From: Candidatus Omnitrophota bacterium
Lineage (GTDB): Bacteria > Omnitrophota > Gorgyraeia > Zapsychrales > Fredricksoniimonadaceae
Reading direction: 5' to 3'
DNA length: 64,000 nucleotides
NCBI GenBank assembly: GCA_963828495.1
Contig: CAWHFJ010000009.1
Span: 298,338 to 362,337, forward strand
Below, piece after piece: positions 26,979 through 36,895 of this stretch (its first letter is position 1; every line of letters begins with the position of its first letter). Made by a program: the position numbers and the translations under genes. The notes under the pieces are model-generated. The model saw only the letters and a list, made by a program, of their open reading frames with translations, ran no database searches and was not told the DNA's origin.

Positions 26979-28550
26979 TTACTTTGCGTACTCAATAGCC
27001 CGAATCTCGCGGACCACCATGACCTTGATATGCCCGGGATATTCCATCTCTTCTTCGATTTTCTTGCGTATGTCCCGCGCCATCACGACCGCCTCATCAT
27101 CATTGACCTTCTCCGGCATAACCACCACCCGGATTTCCCTCCCCGCCTGCAGGGCGAAGGATTTCTCAACGCCTTTAAAAGAGTTGGAGATTTTTTCCAA
27201 ATTCTCCAGACGCTTAATATACGTTTCCATGCTCTCTGCGCGGGCCCCGGGGCGTGCCGCGCTGATGGCATCCGCGGCAGAGACTAAAATCCCATAGACC
27301 GTATTCATTTCCACTTCGCCGTGGTGGCTCTCGACGGCATAAGCGACCTCTTCAGATTCGCCGTATTTGCGTGACAGGCGGCCCCCCACAATGGCATGCG
27401 TGCCTTCTTCCACGTCCGAAGAAACGACCTTGCCGATATCATGCAACAATCCGGCACGCTTGGCGATTTTTACATCCACCCCCATCTGGTAGGCCATAAT
27501 CCCCATAAGCTTGGCCACCTCGATGGAATGGTTTAATCCGTTTTGACCAAACGAAGTCCGGTAACGCAAGCGCCCCACCAATTTCACCAGCTCCGGATGC
27601 ATCCCGTGAATGCCCAGTTCAATGGTCGCGTGCTCACCGTCTTCTTTGATTTTCTTCTCTAAATCGGCTTTTGCTTTTTCCACCACTTCCTCAATACGCC
27701 CGGGATGAATACGTCCGTCAACGATAAGCTGCTCCAAAGCCATACGGGCAATTTCCCTGCGCATCATATCAAAACCGGAAATCGTCACGGCTTCCGGGGT
27801 ATCATCAATGATGATATCCACACCCGTGGCCTGTTCCAAGGTACGTATATTACGCCCTTCGCGTCCTATGATGCGGCCCTTCATTTCATCAGACGGCAGA
27901 GGCACCACGGAAATGGTGGTCTCGGCCGTATGGTCTGAAGCGCAGCGCTGAATGGCGATGCTGATTGTCTCCCGCGCTTTTTTCTCGGATGTTTCTTTGA
28001 TTTCCTCATTCATTTGGCGCAACCTCAAGGCTTTTTCATTAAGGATTTCTTCATCGAGACGCCGCAAAAGAATTTGCTTGGCTTCTTCCGCAGACAAATT
28101 GGCAATGCTATACAGGCGCTCTTTTTCCTGGGCTAAAACACGCGTCAGCTCTTCCTCTTTTTGCTTGACGAGGGCCTCACCGCGTATCAAGGCTTCCAGG
28201 CGATTGGCCAGATCTTTTTCCTTTTTCTCCAATAAATCAACGCGCTTATCGAGATTTTCTTCCCGCTGCAAAACGCGCTTTTCCATACTGGCCAGTTCAT
28301 CCCTGCGTTCTTTTGTTTCCCTTTCAAAATCCTGCCGCATTTTTAACAGCAAATCTTTGGCCTGCAGTTCGGCTTCTTTGCGTATCGTTTCGGCTTCGCG
28401 CCGGGCCAACTCCCTGATCTCGCCGGCATCCTTATGCGCCTGATCGGCGCGCTGGCGACCTAAAATACGGTTAAGAAAAAACCCGACAATAATACAAACA
28501 ATGGCACCAAAAATTAAAATAAATACATGGCCCAACATATTGCTTTCCAT
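26979..28550 (-). CDS. rny: Ribonuclease Y
   Basis: N-terminal TM helix, an E/K-rich coiled coil, a KH domain (GRIIGREGRNIR) and an HD domain (LLHDIGK). Confidence 0.92.
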   Translation of the reverse strand: MESNMLGHVFILIFGAIVCIIVGFFLNRILGRQRADQAHKDAGEIRELARREAETIRKEAELQAKDLLLKMRQDFERETKERRDELASMEKRVLQREENLDKRVDLLEKKEKDLANRLEALIRGEALVKQKEEELTRVLAQEKERLYSIANLSAEEAKQILLRRLDEEILNEKALRLRQMNEEIKETSEKKARETISIAIQRCASDHTAETTISVVPLPSDEMKGRIIGREGRNIRTLEQATGVDIIIDDTPEAVTISGFDMMRREIARMALEQLIVDGRIHPGRIEEVVEKAKADLEKKIKEDGEHATIELGIHGMHPELVKLVGRLRYRTSFGQNGLNHSIEVAKLMGIMAYQMGVDVKIAKRAGLLHDIGKVVSSDVEEGTHAIVGGRLSRKYGESEEVAYAVESHHGEVEMNTVYGILVSAADAISAARPGARAESMETYIKRLENLEKISNSFKGVEKSFALQAGREIRVVVMPEKVNDDEAVVMARDIRKKIEEEMEYPGHIKVMVVREIRAIEYAK

Positions 28551-28664
28551 GGCAACTCTCCTTAAACTAAGCCCGCTTCCCCTGCAGTTTTATGGCAAGG
28601 CAGGCAGGGCTTATGTGTATCCCGTCTCACGGGGTTATCTAAAAATTAGGAATCTGTTTCGGAA

Positions 28665-29216
28665 CTACCCTGCGATGATTTGCTGCAAGGGCATATCATG
28701 CGCCCCTATGGGAAGGCTTTCGGTGATTTGAAAATCAAAGGCAAGTCCTACGGTTGCAATCGTCTCGGGGAGACTGCTTAAAAAACGGTCATAATAGCCT
28801 GCCCCTCGACCTAAACGGTTATTAGACCTGTCAAAAGCCAGGCCCGGAACAACCACCGCATCAATGTCCTTGAGTTTTAAGACTTTTTGCGGATCAAGAT
28901 AAGGTTGGGCAATGCCGTATGTGCCGTTATGTACATCTTCCATAGACGAAATTATTGCAGGAATCAACTTCCTTTGATTGTGTTCAACAATGGGTAAAGC
29001 TACCCGTTTTCCCGATAAAAGAGCCTTTTCAATCATCGCCCAGGTGTCCACTTCCCCTGGTATAGATGCATAAAAGAGGATGGTGCGTGCCTTTTGAATG
29101 GCTGGCAATTTCCATAACTGCTCACCAATCAGCCGGCTTTTACGCAACCCCTCTTCTTTCTTCTGCTTTTTAAGAAGCGTAAGATAATGCGTTCTTAAAG
29201 AGCCTTTATCCTTCAT
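28665..29216 (-). CDS. ygfA: 5-formyltetrahydrofolate cyclo-ligase
   Basis: The C-terminal motif GLAFDRSNNRLGRGAGYYDRFL is characteristic of this family. Confidence 0.8.
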   Translation of the reverse strand: MKDKGSLRTHYLTLLKKQKKEEGLRKSRLIGEQLWKLPAIQKARTILFYASIPGEVDTWAMIEKALLSGKRVALPIVEHNQRKLIPAIISSMEDVHNGTYGIAQPYLDPQKVLKLKDIDAVVVPGLAFDRSNNRLGRGAGYYDRFLSSLPETIATVGLAFDFQITESLPIGAHDMPLQQIIAG

Positions 29217-29231
29217 GTTTTATGTATATTA

Positions 29232-30545
29232 TCATTTTTTCTTAAGTTTGTCCATTCTCTCTTTAATCTTGGCCTCATAGCCCTGCAAAGTCGGCTCATA
29301 ATAAACAGCTTTATGCGGCATATATTCTTGCTGGACATAATGTTGCGGATAATCATGCGCGTATTTATATCCCCGGCCATGCCCCAATTGACCCGCCCCC
29401 GGATAGTGGCTGTCTTTAAGATGAACGGGAACGCCGTGCGTGCGCGCCTCTTTGACATCCGCCAGGGCTTTATCAATGGCTAAATAAACCGCGTTGGATT
29501 TAGGGGCGCACGCCACATAGACCGCGGCCTGAGCCAAAATAATACGGGCTTCCGGCAACCCGGTAAATTCCGCTGCCTGCAAAGCCGCATTCGCTAAAAT
29601 CAACGCTTGAGGATCGGCATTGCCGACATCTTCAGACGCGCAGATGACAATGCGTCGCGCAATAAACCGTGGGTCTTCTCCGGCATAAATCATCTTGGCC
29701 ATCCAATAAAGCGCGGCATCGGCATCAGAGCCGCGCATGGACTTGATAAACGCGGAAGCCGTGTCGTAATGCTGATCTCCGTCGCCGTCATAATTAACCT
29801 GTTTTTTTTGTATGGATTCTTCCGCGACAGGCAACGTTATGTGAATCTGCCCGTCCCTGGACTTGGGTGTCGTGAGCGCCGCCACCTCAAGCGCATTAAG
29901 CGCTTTGCGGGCATCCCCGTCACTGACCGTGGCCAAAAACTCAAGGGCTTGTGGCTCAACCTCAAGGGGCAAAACCCCTAAGCCCCTGTCTTTGTCCTCG
30001 ACGGCCCTGCGCATTAAAACCATCAAGTCTTGGGGCGATAAAGGCTGGAGTTCAAAAATCAAAGAACGTGATAATAAAGGACTGACTAAGGCAAAAAAAG
30101 GATTAAAAACAGTGGCCCCGATTAAAATGATATTGCCCTCTTCAACATCCGGCATCAAAACGTCTTGTTGGGCTTTATTGAAACGGTGGATTTCATCGAT
30201 AAAAAGGATCGTCTTACGGGAGCCCGCCATCCGGCGGTTTTGGGCGCCGGCCAAGATCTTACGCATCTCCTCGACATTAGAGGCCACCGCATTGATTCTT
30301 TCAAAATGAGATTGGGTACGATGGGCTATGCATAAGGCCAATGTCGTCTTGCCCACCCCCGGAGGGCCATAAAGAATAAGCGAGGATATCCTGTCTGACT
30401 CAATGGCGCGGGTCAACAGCTTCCCCTCGCCTAAAATATGTTTTTGCCCCACATATTCATCAAGCCCAAGCGGCCGCATGCGGGCACTCAGAGGAGAATC
30501 CGCAGGAACACCTTTTTCATCGGGAGAGAATAGATTAGTAGACAT
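29232..30545 (-). CDS. rarA: Replication-associated recombination protein A (AAA+ ATPase)
   Basis: LSARMRPLGLDEYVGQKHILG, Walker A GPPGVGKTT and a MgsA C-terminal domain (HYDTASAFIKSMRGSD). Confidence 0.9.
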   Translation of the reverse strand: MSTNLFSPDEKGVPADSPLSARMRPLGLDEYVGQKHILGEGKLLTRAIESDRISSLILYGPPGVGKTTLALCIAHRTQSHFERINAVASNVEEMRKILAGAQNRRMAGSRKTILFIDEIHRFNKAQQDVLMPDVEEGNIILIGATVFNPFFALVSPLLSRSLIFELQPLSPQDLMVLMRRAVEDKDRGLGVLPLEVEPQALEFLATVSDGDARKALNALEVAALTTPKSRDGQIHITLPVAEESIQKKQVNYDGDGDQHYDTASAFIKSMRGSDADAALYWMAKMIYAGEDPRFIARRIVICASEDVGNADPQALILANAALQAAEFTGLPEARIILAQAAVYVACAPKSNAVYLAIDKALADVKEARTHGVPVHLKDSHYPGAGQLGHGRGYKYAHDYPQHYVQQEYMPHKAVYYEPTLQGYEAKIKERMDKLKKK

Positions 30546-30741
30546 GTAAAAAAGCCCCGCTTCTGCCGTCGGATCTGGTGTAAATGAGAACCATCATTCT
30601 CAAGTGGGTGTCAGTGTGAGGCCGCCAAAGGCGCGCCAACAGGTGACCAACGCCCGTAGTATTGTTTTGTGGTTCAATACATCCGAGATCCTTACTCGCA
30701 CAGCGCAGGGATACAGTAATTATAGCACTAACAAATTTTTA

Positions 30742-31935
30742 TTAAAGTTTTATTCCCAAGGCAGGCAACATGCTGATGATACCTGTAGCAAAAATACAAA
30801 CAATAAACATCCAATAAATAAATTTATTGAACCCTTTCAAATAATACTCTCCCATCAGTTTCTTGTTTGAGGCCATGAGCCCAAGGATAACCGCAGGCGC
30901 TATAAGCACAATGATCTGTACAACCATCAAATTAAGCGCCAGTTTGATAAGATTAAAGGAAAAAAGCGGGACCAACACAGCCGGAATGGATTCAATAAGA
31001 TAGACCTTAAACCAGTGCTTTCTCCCCCATCCCATGGCCTCTGTCAGGCCCCAGCTGCTGCCAAGGGAAATAACGATCAGCGCAATGAAGGATGCTGTAA
31101 CAAGACCGATACCAAAAACATACGGCGCAAAATTTCCGGCGACTGTAGCCAGACTCTGTGAGAGGACTTTAGGTGATGTGAAATCCAAAGAATTGACGTT
31201 GATGCCGATCGCAGATATGGCAATGGCTACCATGATCAATTCAGAAAATATCGCGCCTACCAAGGTTTCAAATCTTACCCCCCACACGTTGCTTTTGTCC
31301 ATCCCTTTGTCCGCCGTTGCGGATGTTTGATAAAATAACATAAAGGGCATAATAACGGCCCCGATGTTCGCGGCCAGCATAAAAATAAAATCCGGGGATG
31401 TGGAAAAATAAAATGGGACAACTACTATCCCATGCCGCGCCGTCAGGAAAGCCGCCACTATCCATACAAGGGCAAAAAGAATAGAAACGATCAGTAACGG
31501 CTTTTCGGCCTCGGCGTATTTCTTGTTATAGACCACCATTAAATGCGCGACAAAGGCCATGGGCACAGAAATCCAGGGAGAGACTCCCATCATCTGAAAT
31601 CCGACGGCGATCCCGGTGTACTCGACGATATAGCTTAATATATCAACTAAAGCCATCGGGATGGCTGACACCGCGGCCATCCGTCTGCTGTAATTCTCCT
31701 TGATTAATTCACCTAAGCCTTTGCCTGTGACGACACCCACACGGCCGGCGACTTCCTGGATGACATATAACGGAATGACCAATGCCATTAAAAACCAGAT
31801 AAGTTTTGTGCCGTACTGCGCTCCGCTGTCAGCGGCCGTTATGGCGCTGGCCGCATCAACATCCGCTATCATGACGAGCCACGCAGGCCCCCATGTTTTA
31901 ACGATCGCTCCTACTTTAGCTTGGAATTTGTTCAC
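30742..31935 (-). CDS. Nramp-related divalent-cation transporter with non-canonical binding-site motifs
   Basis: About 11 TM helices with Nramp-like TM1 and TM6 contexts, reading DVDAAS (canonical DPGN) and MPF (canonical MPH). GTG start at 31935. Confidence 0.65.
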   Translation of the reverse strand: MNKFQAKVGAIVKTWGPAWLVMIADVDAASAITAADSGAQYGTKLIWFLMALVIPLYVIQEVAGRVGVVTGKGLGELIKENYSRRMAAVSAIPMALVDILSYIVEYTGIAVGFQMMGVSPWISVPMAFVAHLMVVYNKKYAEAEKPLLIVSILFALVWIVAAFLTARHGIVVVPFYFSTSPDFIFMLAANIGAVIMPFMLFYQTSATADKGMDKSNVWGVRFETLVGAIFSELIMVAIAISAIGINVNSLDFTSPKVLSQSLATVAGNFAPYVFGIGLVTASFIALIVISLGSSWGLTEAMGWGRKHWFKVYLIESIPAVLVPLFSFNLIKLALNLMVVQIIVLIAPAVILGLMASNKKLMGEYYLKGFNKFIYWMFIVCIFATGIISMLPALGIKL

Positions 31936-32035
31936 ATCAATCCCTTCATTTAAAATACGTCAAATAATGGCTTATATGGCTTCTCAGCTTACCAAATACC
32001 CTGCGCTTGTCAAGAGTTATTCTATTATATTGATT

Positions 32036-34060
32036 TTATCGACGGATAGCATCCGTCTCGTGGATAAGGGCTTGCACCATGCGCTCGTGAAGGGCGGAGA
32101 CTTCCTCCTCGCGCAAGGTTTTGGTGGGAGATTGGTACTGGCAGGAAAAAACAAGGCCTTTGTATCCGGAGGGGATCTTATCGCCTAAATACTGTTCCAT
32201 AAACTGTACGGATTGCAAAAGATCTTCCCCGTGCTGTACGCAGACTTCTTCAATTTTCTTATAGGGGATTTCTTTTTTAACGGCCAGAGAAACATCCCGC
32301 ACAATGGCCGGAAATTCCGAAATAGGCCGGTATTTTTTAGGCGGATTGGCCGCCGGTAGTAGTTCATCCAGATCCATCTGGGCAAAATAAACATCCTGGG
32401 CCTTAATGTCCCAATTATTTAAAATTTTGCGTGCAATTTTACCTAAAACGCCGATATGCTGGGCCCCGACACGGATAGCCGCGCTGCAGGCGGTGTCAAA
32501 AGTCACCAGCGGGACGCTTTCATAAACAGCGCTGACGCCTATATTTTGGAAAATACCCTCCAGCGCCCCCTTTAAATCAAAAATTTCAACCGCGTCTTTT
32601 CTGCTCAAACGCCAATCCTGATAACGTCGTCCGGTCAATAAGATCGCGAGCGTTTCTTTTTCTCCGTCAGGAAAATAGCATTTGCCGATTTCAAAAAAAC
32701 GTAAATCTTTGTGCCCGCGATGAATATTCGTCAACGCCACCCGCAGCAGTGATGGCAACATGGAAGGACGCATCAGTTCCTGGTCTTGGGTTAACGGGTT
32801 AAAAATACGCAGAGCTGTCCCCTCGTTGATGGCACATTCTCCCAAGTCTTTGGCGCTCACCATGGCATGCGTAATAATTTCATCGTAGCCTGCGGCCACC
32901 AAAACCCGGTGCATCTGCTTTTTGACTTCACGGGGGCTTTTGTCGACGGAAATATTGCCCGACTTAATCACCGGCAATTGCAATGGCAGGCGGTCAAACC
33001 CTATCATGCGGGCGACCTCTTCTATCACATCCACATCTTGCTGGATGTCCCCACGGTGGCTGGGCGGTCTCACCGTCAAAATCTGGGCAGCAGCCGTAAC
33101 TTTAAACCCTAATCCGGACAACCACGTTTTGACTTGACGTGGCGTAACGGCAACGCCCAGCAAAGATTCTATGTCAGCCATTTTAACTTTAATTTTTACG
33201 ACAGCCCTTTGGGCTTTTGACAAAACCTCACCCCTGCCGGATACATGCCCCCCAGTGGCACACAACAATAAATCCGTCGCGCGATTAGCTCCGGTTAAAA
33301 CCCCTTCAAAATCCACGTTGCGTTCAAAGCGATAAGAAGAATCACTTCTGAGGCCCAAGGTGCGCGAAGCCCGACGGATAAGTCCCATATCGAAATGCGC
33401 GCTTTCCAATAAAATGTTTTTAGTGCCTTGGGTGATCTGGGTATCTTTGCCCCCCATGATGCCGGCAATAGCCACAGGCTTTTGAGCGTCGGCGATGACG
33501 AGAATAGAGGTGTCCAGTTTTCGTTCAACACCGTCGATCGTGACCAGACTTTCCCCCGCTTTGGCCCTGCGTACCACGATTTTACCCCCCGTCAACTTGT
33601 CATAGTCAAAGGCATGCAGGGGCTGGCCTGTTTCCATCAAAACAAAATTGGTGATGTCCACCGCATTATAGATGGCAGGGATCCCCAATGCCGCCAACCG
33701 CTGTTGCATCTCTAGGGATGACGCCTTGATATGCACATCACAAAGAAGAGTGCCGATATAGCGGCTGCAATCTTTTTTATTGTCAATATGAATGAGATTT
33801 TTAAGAGAAACTGTCTTATGGCTCTTGATTCTGGGGGGTGTGACTTTGCGTTGCGTGATAGCGCCGATTTCCCGGGCCAAGCCTAAAATACTCAAGCAGT
33901 CCGGACGATTAGGGGTGACCTCAATTTCCAAAACCGTGTCCCCCCCAGAGGATTCAACAGCCTCCACCTCAAGGCCCGCCATAGTCAAACGCTCGCTAAG
34001 CGCCTGCGTCGAGAGCTTGGGGTCAATATACTCTTTTAGCCAATGTAAAGAAAGTTTCAT
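32036..34060 (-). CDS. pheT: Phenylalanyl-tRNA synthetase beta subunit (674 aa form)
   Basis: MKLSLHWLKEYI N-terminus, B3/4 and B5 domains, and a C-terminal FDX-ACB-like region. It follows pheS. Confidence 0.92.
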   Translation of the reverse strand: MKLSLHWLKEYIDPKLSTQALSERLTMAGLEVEAVESSGGDTVLEIEVTPNRPDCLSILGLAREIGAITQRKVTPPRIKSHKTVSLKNLIHIDNKKDCSRYIGTLLCDVHIKASSLEMQQRLAALGIPAIYNAVDITNFVLMETGQPLHAFDYDKLTGGKIVVRRAKAGESLVTIDGVERKLDTSILVIADAQKPVAIAGIMGGKDTQITQGTKNILLESAHFDMGLIRRASRTLGLRSDSSYRFERNVDFEGVLTGANRATDLLLCATGGHVSGRGEVLSKAQRAVVKIKVKMADIESLLGVAVTPRQVKTWLSGLGFKVTAAAQILTVRPPSHRGDIQQDVDVIEEVARMIGFDRLPLQLPVIKSGNISVDKSPREVKKQMHRVLVAAGYDEIITHAMVSAKDLGECAINEGTALRIFNPLTQDQELMRPSMLPSLLRVALTNIHRGHKDLRFFEIGKCYFPDGEKETLAILLTGRRYQDWRLSRKDAVEIFDLKGALEGIFQNIGVSAVYESVPLVTFDTACSAAIRVGAQHIGVLGKIARKILNNWDIKAQDVYFAQMDLDELLPAANPPKKYRPISEFPAIVRDVSLAVKKEIPYKKIEEVCVQHGEDLLQSVQFMEQYLGDKIPSGYKGLVFSCQYQSPTKTLREEEVSALHERMVQALIHETDAIRR

Positions 34061-34065
34061 GGATT

Positions 34066-35079
34066 TTAAAATTGTTTCAAAAACCGCACATCGTTTTCGT
34101 AAAACAAACGGATGTCATTAATACCGTATTTCAGCATGGCCATACGCTCGACCCCCATGCCAAAAGCAAACCCTTTATACTTGCCTTTAGGATACCCGAC
34201 GGCCTGAAACACTTTCGGGTTAACCATGCCGCAGCCTAAAATCTCCAGCCATTTCTTGCGTTGAATGCCTAAGATTTCAGCATTAATGTCTACTTCCGCC
34301 GACGGCTCGGTAAACGGAAAGAAATGCGGACGAAAACGCATAACGACTTTAGGGCCAAAAAATCGCCTGCAAAATTCTGTCAATAATCCTTTAAGCTCGG
34401 CAAATTGCACCTTTTCATCCACCAAAAGACCTTCGACCTGATGGAACATAAATGAGTGGCTGGCATCTACAGCATCGGGGCGGTACACACGGCCAGGAAC
34501 GACCACTGCCAATGGCGGTTTATGCTGTTTCATGATCCTCACCTGTCCGGGAGACGTATGACTGCGCAACAGCAGCCGACGGCCCCTCGCAGATGGGTCT
34601 GGGGCATCTAAATAAAAAGTATCGAAGGCGTCACGGGAAGGATGATCGATAGGGATATTTAATCCCGTGAAATTATGAAATTCCGTTTCTATTTCCGGCG
34701 TCTCTATAGCCACAAAACCCATACGTTCAAAAACCGCAACAATCTCTTCCATGGTTTGCGTTAAAATATGCGTATGCCCCATGGCCTGCCCCGTAGCAGG
34801 CAGAGAAATATCCACACGCTCGCCGGATGCCTGGGTGAGGCCCAACTGCTGTGTTTTGCGCTCGATGGATTGCTCGACACATCCGCGCAGATCATTGGCC
34901 CCTTTGCCTATGGCCGCTTTCTGTTGTCCGTCGGCACCCCCCAACGAAGCAAAAATAGCGGCGACGATGCCTTTCTTGCCCAAATATTTGACTCTAAAGG
35001 CGTCTACCGCCTGCAAGCTATCTAATCCTGCGGCTTCCTGATTGGCTTGATTCTGAAGGTCTTGAAAATTCCATTGCAT
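34066..35079 (-). CDS. pheS: Phenylalanyl-tRNA synthetase alpha subunit
   Basis: Class II motifs (HPSRDAFDTFY, LLRSHTSPGQ, GFAFGMGVERMAMLKYGI). Confidence 0.93.
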   Translation of the reverse strand: MQWNFQDLQNQANQEAAGLDSLQAVDAFRVKYLGKKGIVAAIFASLGGADGQQKAAIGKGANDLRGCVEQSIERKTQQLGLTQASGERVDISLPATGQAMGHTHILTQTMEEIVAVFERMGFVAIETPEIETEFHNFTGLNIPIDHPSRDAFDTFYLDAPDPSARGRRLLLRSHTSPGQVRIMKQHKPPLAVVVPGRVYRPDAVDASHSFMFHQVEGLLVDEKVQFAELKGLLTEFCRRFFGPKVVMRFRPHFFPFTEPSAEVDINAEILGIQRKKWLEILGCGMVNPKVFQAVGYPKGKYKGFAFGMGVERMAMLKYGINDIRLFYENDVRFLKQF

Positions 35080-35129
35080 AATTTAGAATATCATCCTCAT
35101 AGGTAAAAAGCAATTTCTACTTGTAGGTG

Positions 35130-36464
35130 TCATCCCCCCACCGTGCTTGTGGCCCCCTTAAGGATAAAATAAATATAAAAGAGTATAAATCTAGAAACAA
35201 AAAACACAATAAGAAAAATGCCTATCGCCTGAAAATAAAATATCGACGTGAAATTGCCAATCACACGCATGATGATAAACCACATCTGCAATACGCGCGG
35301 GGACATATGTTTAGGTTGAAAAACCACATGGTGGACCCCGTCATATTGGCGCCAGTCATAGGTCAAAATCCGGTTTTGAGCTTTCAGTTTCTCAAAAAGA
35401 GGGGTCCCCGGAAAAGGTGTCAGTATGGTCAACGAAACGATATAAAGACCGGCTCTCAACCAGAACCCTATCAGTCGCAGATACGCCTTAGGTGTGTCCT
35501 CATCAAACCCCAGAATAAAGCTGCCGATGACTTGAATGCCGTGTGCTTTTAATTGCCGAATGGCGTGTCGGTAATCGTCGGGTGTGCGGACACCTGCGAG
35601 GGATGTTTTAGCGAACCGTTGAGGATACATCGTTTCAAATCCAATAAACAGCGACCGACAACCGCTGGCTTGGGCCAGTCGCAGGGCCTCATCGTCGAAA
35701 GCGATATCCAGAGAACTGTTGGCCTGCCAGCGGATGTTTAAAGGAATCAGTTGGCGAAAAAGCTCCTTGGCATAACTCGGATCTGAAAAAATATTGTCAT
35801 CTCTAAAAGAAAGATCGGGCTTGAGGGCAAAAACTCGCGGCACCGTCCGGATGACCCGCTCAATGAGCGCCATGGCCTGATCCATTTTAATAAACCGTGG
35901 CTTGCCCCCCATCGGTGCGCAAAATTCACAACGGTACTTGCAGCCACGGCTGAGGATAAGACCTGTGCGATAGAGGGTGCGGCCATCCAGTTTCATGAAA
36001 TAATCAAAACAGGGAGAAAAATAATCGTCTAAAGGCTTCCCTTCATAAATCTTTTTTAGCTCGCCTTTCTCATAGTCGCCTACGATCTGCGGCCAAACGG
36101 ATTCGGCCTCTCCAATGACGACTGCGTCGCAATGCTCAAGGGCCTCCTGAGGCAGGGCGCTCACATGAATGCCTCCCATCACGACCTTGGATCCCGCCTT
36201 ACGGAAACGATCTGCAATCCGATAACTGCTGACGGCATTGGCCGTAGCACAGGAAATGCCCACCAGGCGTCCTCCTACAAAATCCCGATCGGCCCAAAAC
36301 AGTTTTTGATTAAAAATGGTTACGCGATATTCTGGGGGCGTCAATGCAGGAATGATAAAAAGCGAAAAGGTCCCGGGAGATGTGCGTAAAAATAAATACA
36401 CTACCAACCGCAGAAATGGATGATCCATCGCTGGCAAGACAAGGATAAGGTCTTTGGGGGGCAT
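35130..36464 (-). CDS. B12-binding-domain radical SAM protein with a hydrophobic C-terminal tail
   Basis: CxxxCxxC (CKYRCEFC) preceded by a Rossmann-like B12-binding region (GISCATANA..VVMGGIHVS). The last ~45 aa are strongly hydrophobic. Start taken at MPPKDLILVL; the ORF track extends to a TTG at 36521. Confidence 0.75.
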   Translation of the reverse strand: MPPKDLILVLPAMDHPFLRLVVYLFLRTSPGTFSLFIIPALTPPEYRVTIFNQKLFWADRDFVGGRLVGISCATANAVSSYRIADRFRKAGSKVVMGGIHVSALPQEALEHCDAVVIGEAESVWPQIVGDYEKGELKKIYEGKPLDDYFSPCFDYFMKLDGRTLYRTGLILSRGCKYRCEFCAPMGGKPRFIKMDQAMALIERVIRTVPRVFALKPDLSFRDDNIFSDPSYAKELFRQLIPLNIRWQANSSLDIAFDDEALRLAQASGCRSLFIGFETMYPQRFAKTSLAGVRTPDDYRHAIRQLKAHGIQVIGSFILGFDEDTPKAYLRLIGFWLRAGLYIVSLTILTPFPGTPLFEKLKAQNRILTYDWRQYDGVHHVVFQPKHMSPRVLQMWFIIMRVIGNFTSIFYFQAIGIFLIVFFVSRFILFYIYFILKGATSTVGG

Positions 36465-36526
36465 ATCTATCGTGCCGCAAATCGACGGGTTTCCGTTAAC
36501 CGACAGGACAACCTCCGGCAATTTGT

Positions 36527-36895
36527 CTACTTAACAATTTTTGGCTTCAATAACTTCGCCTTCTCAAGCAACTGAGCAAAAATCTCCGGCTCCCTCACGG
36601 CTAAATCCGCCAACACCTTGCGGTCAAGAGTGATTTGAGCGGCTTTTAACCCGCTGATAAAACGGCTATACGTCATGCCTGCCTCACGGCAAGCCGCGTT
36701 AAGACGAATGATCCATAAGCTTCTATACTCGCCCTTTTTCTTCTTGCGGTCAAAATACGCGTACTGACGGCTGGCGATCAGCGATTTGATGGCTTCTTTA
36801 TACCGTTTGCTGCGATTGCCAAACTGACCCTTAGCTTCTTTTAAAACACGTTTTTTCCGCTTGTGCGCGTAAACATTACTTTTAATGCGTACCAT
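36527..36895 (-). CDS. rplT: 50S ribosomal protein L20
   Basis: MVRIKSNVYAHKRKKRVLKEAKG is a typical L20 N-terminus. It follows rpmI. Confidence 0.93.
   Translation of the reverse strand: MVRIKSNVYAHKRKKRVLKEAKGQFGNRSKRYKEAIKSLIASRQYAYFDRKKKKGEYRSLWIIRLNAACREAGMTYSRFISGLKAAQITLDRKVLADLAVREPEIFAQLLEKAKLLKPKIVK

Noticed and set aside
27952-28443. 163-aa Ser/Arg-rich plus-strand ORF
   Set aside because: It is the antisense mirror of the Glu/Lys-rich coiled coil of RNase Y. Its low-complexity composition comes from complementary codons.
29213-29476. 87-aa minus-strand ORF overlapping the rarA 3' end
   Set aside because: It is out of frame with rarA and lies entirely inside it. It has a basic low-complexity composition and no independent support.
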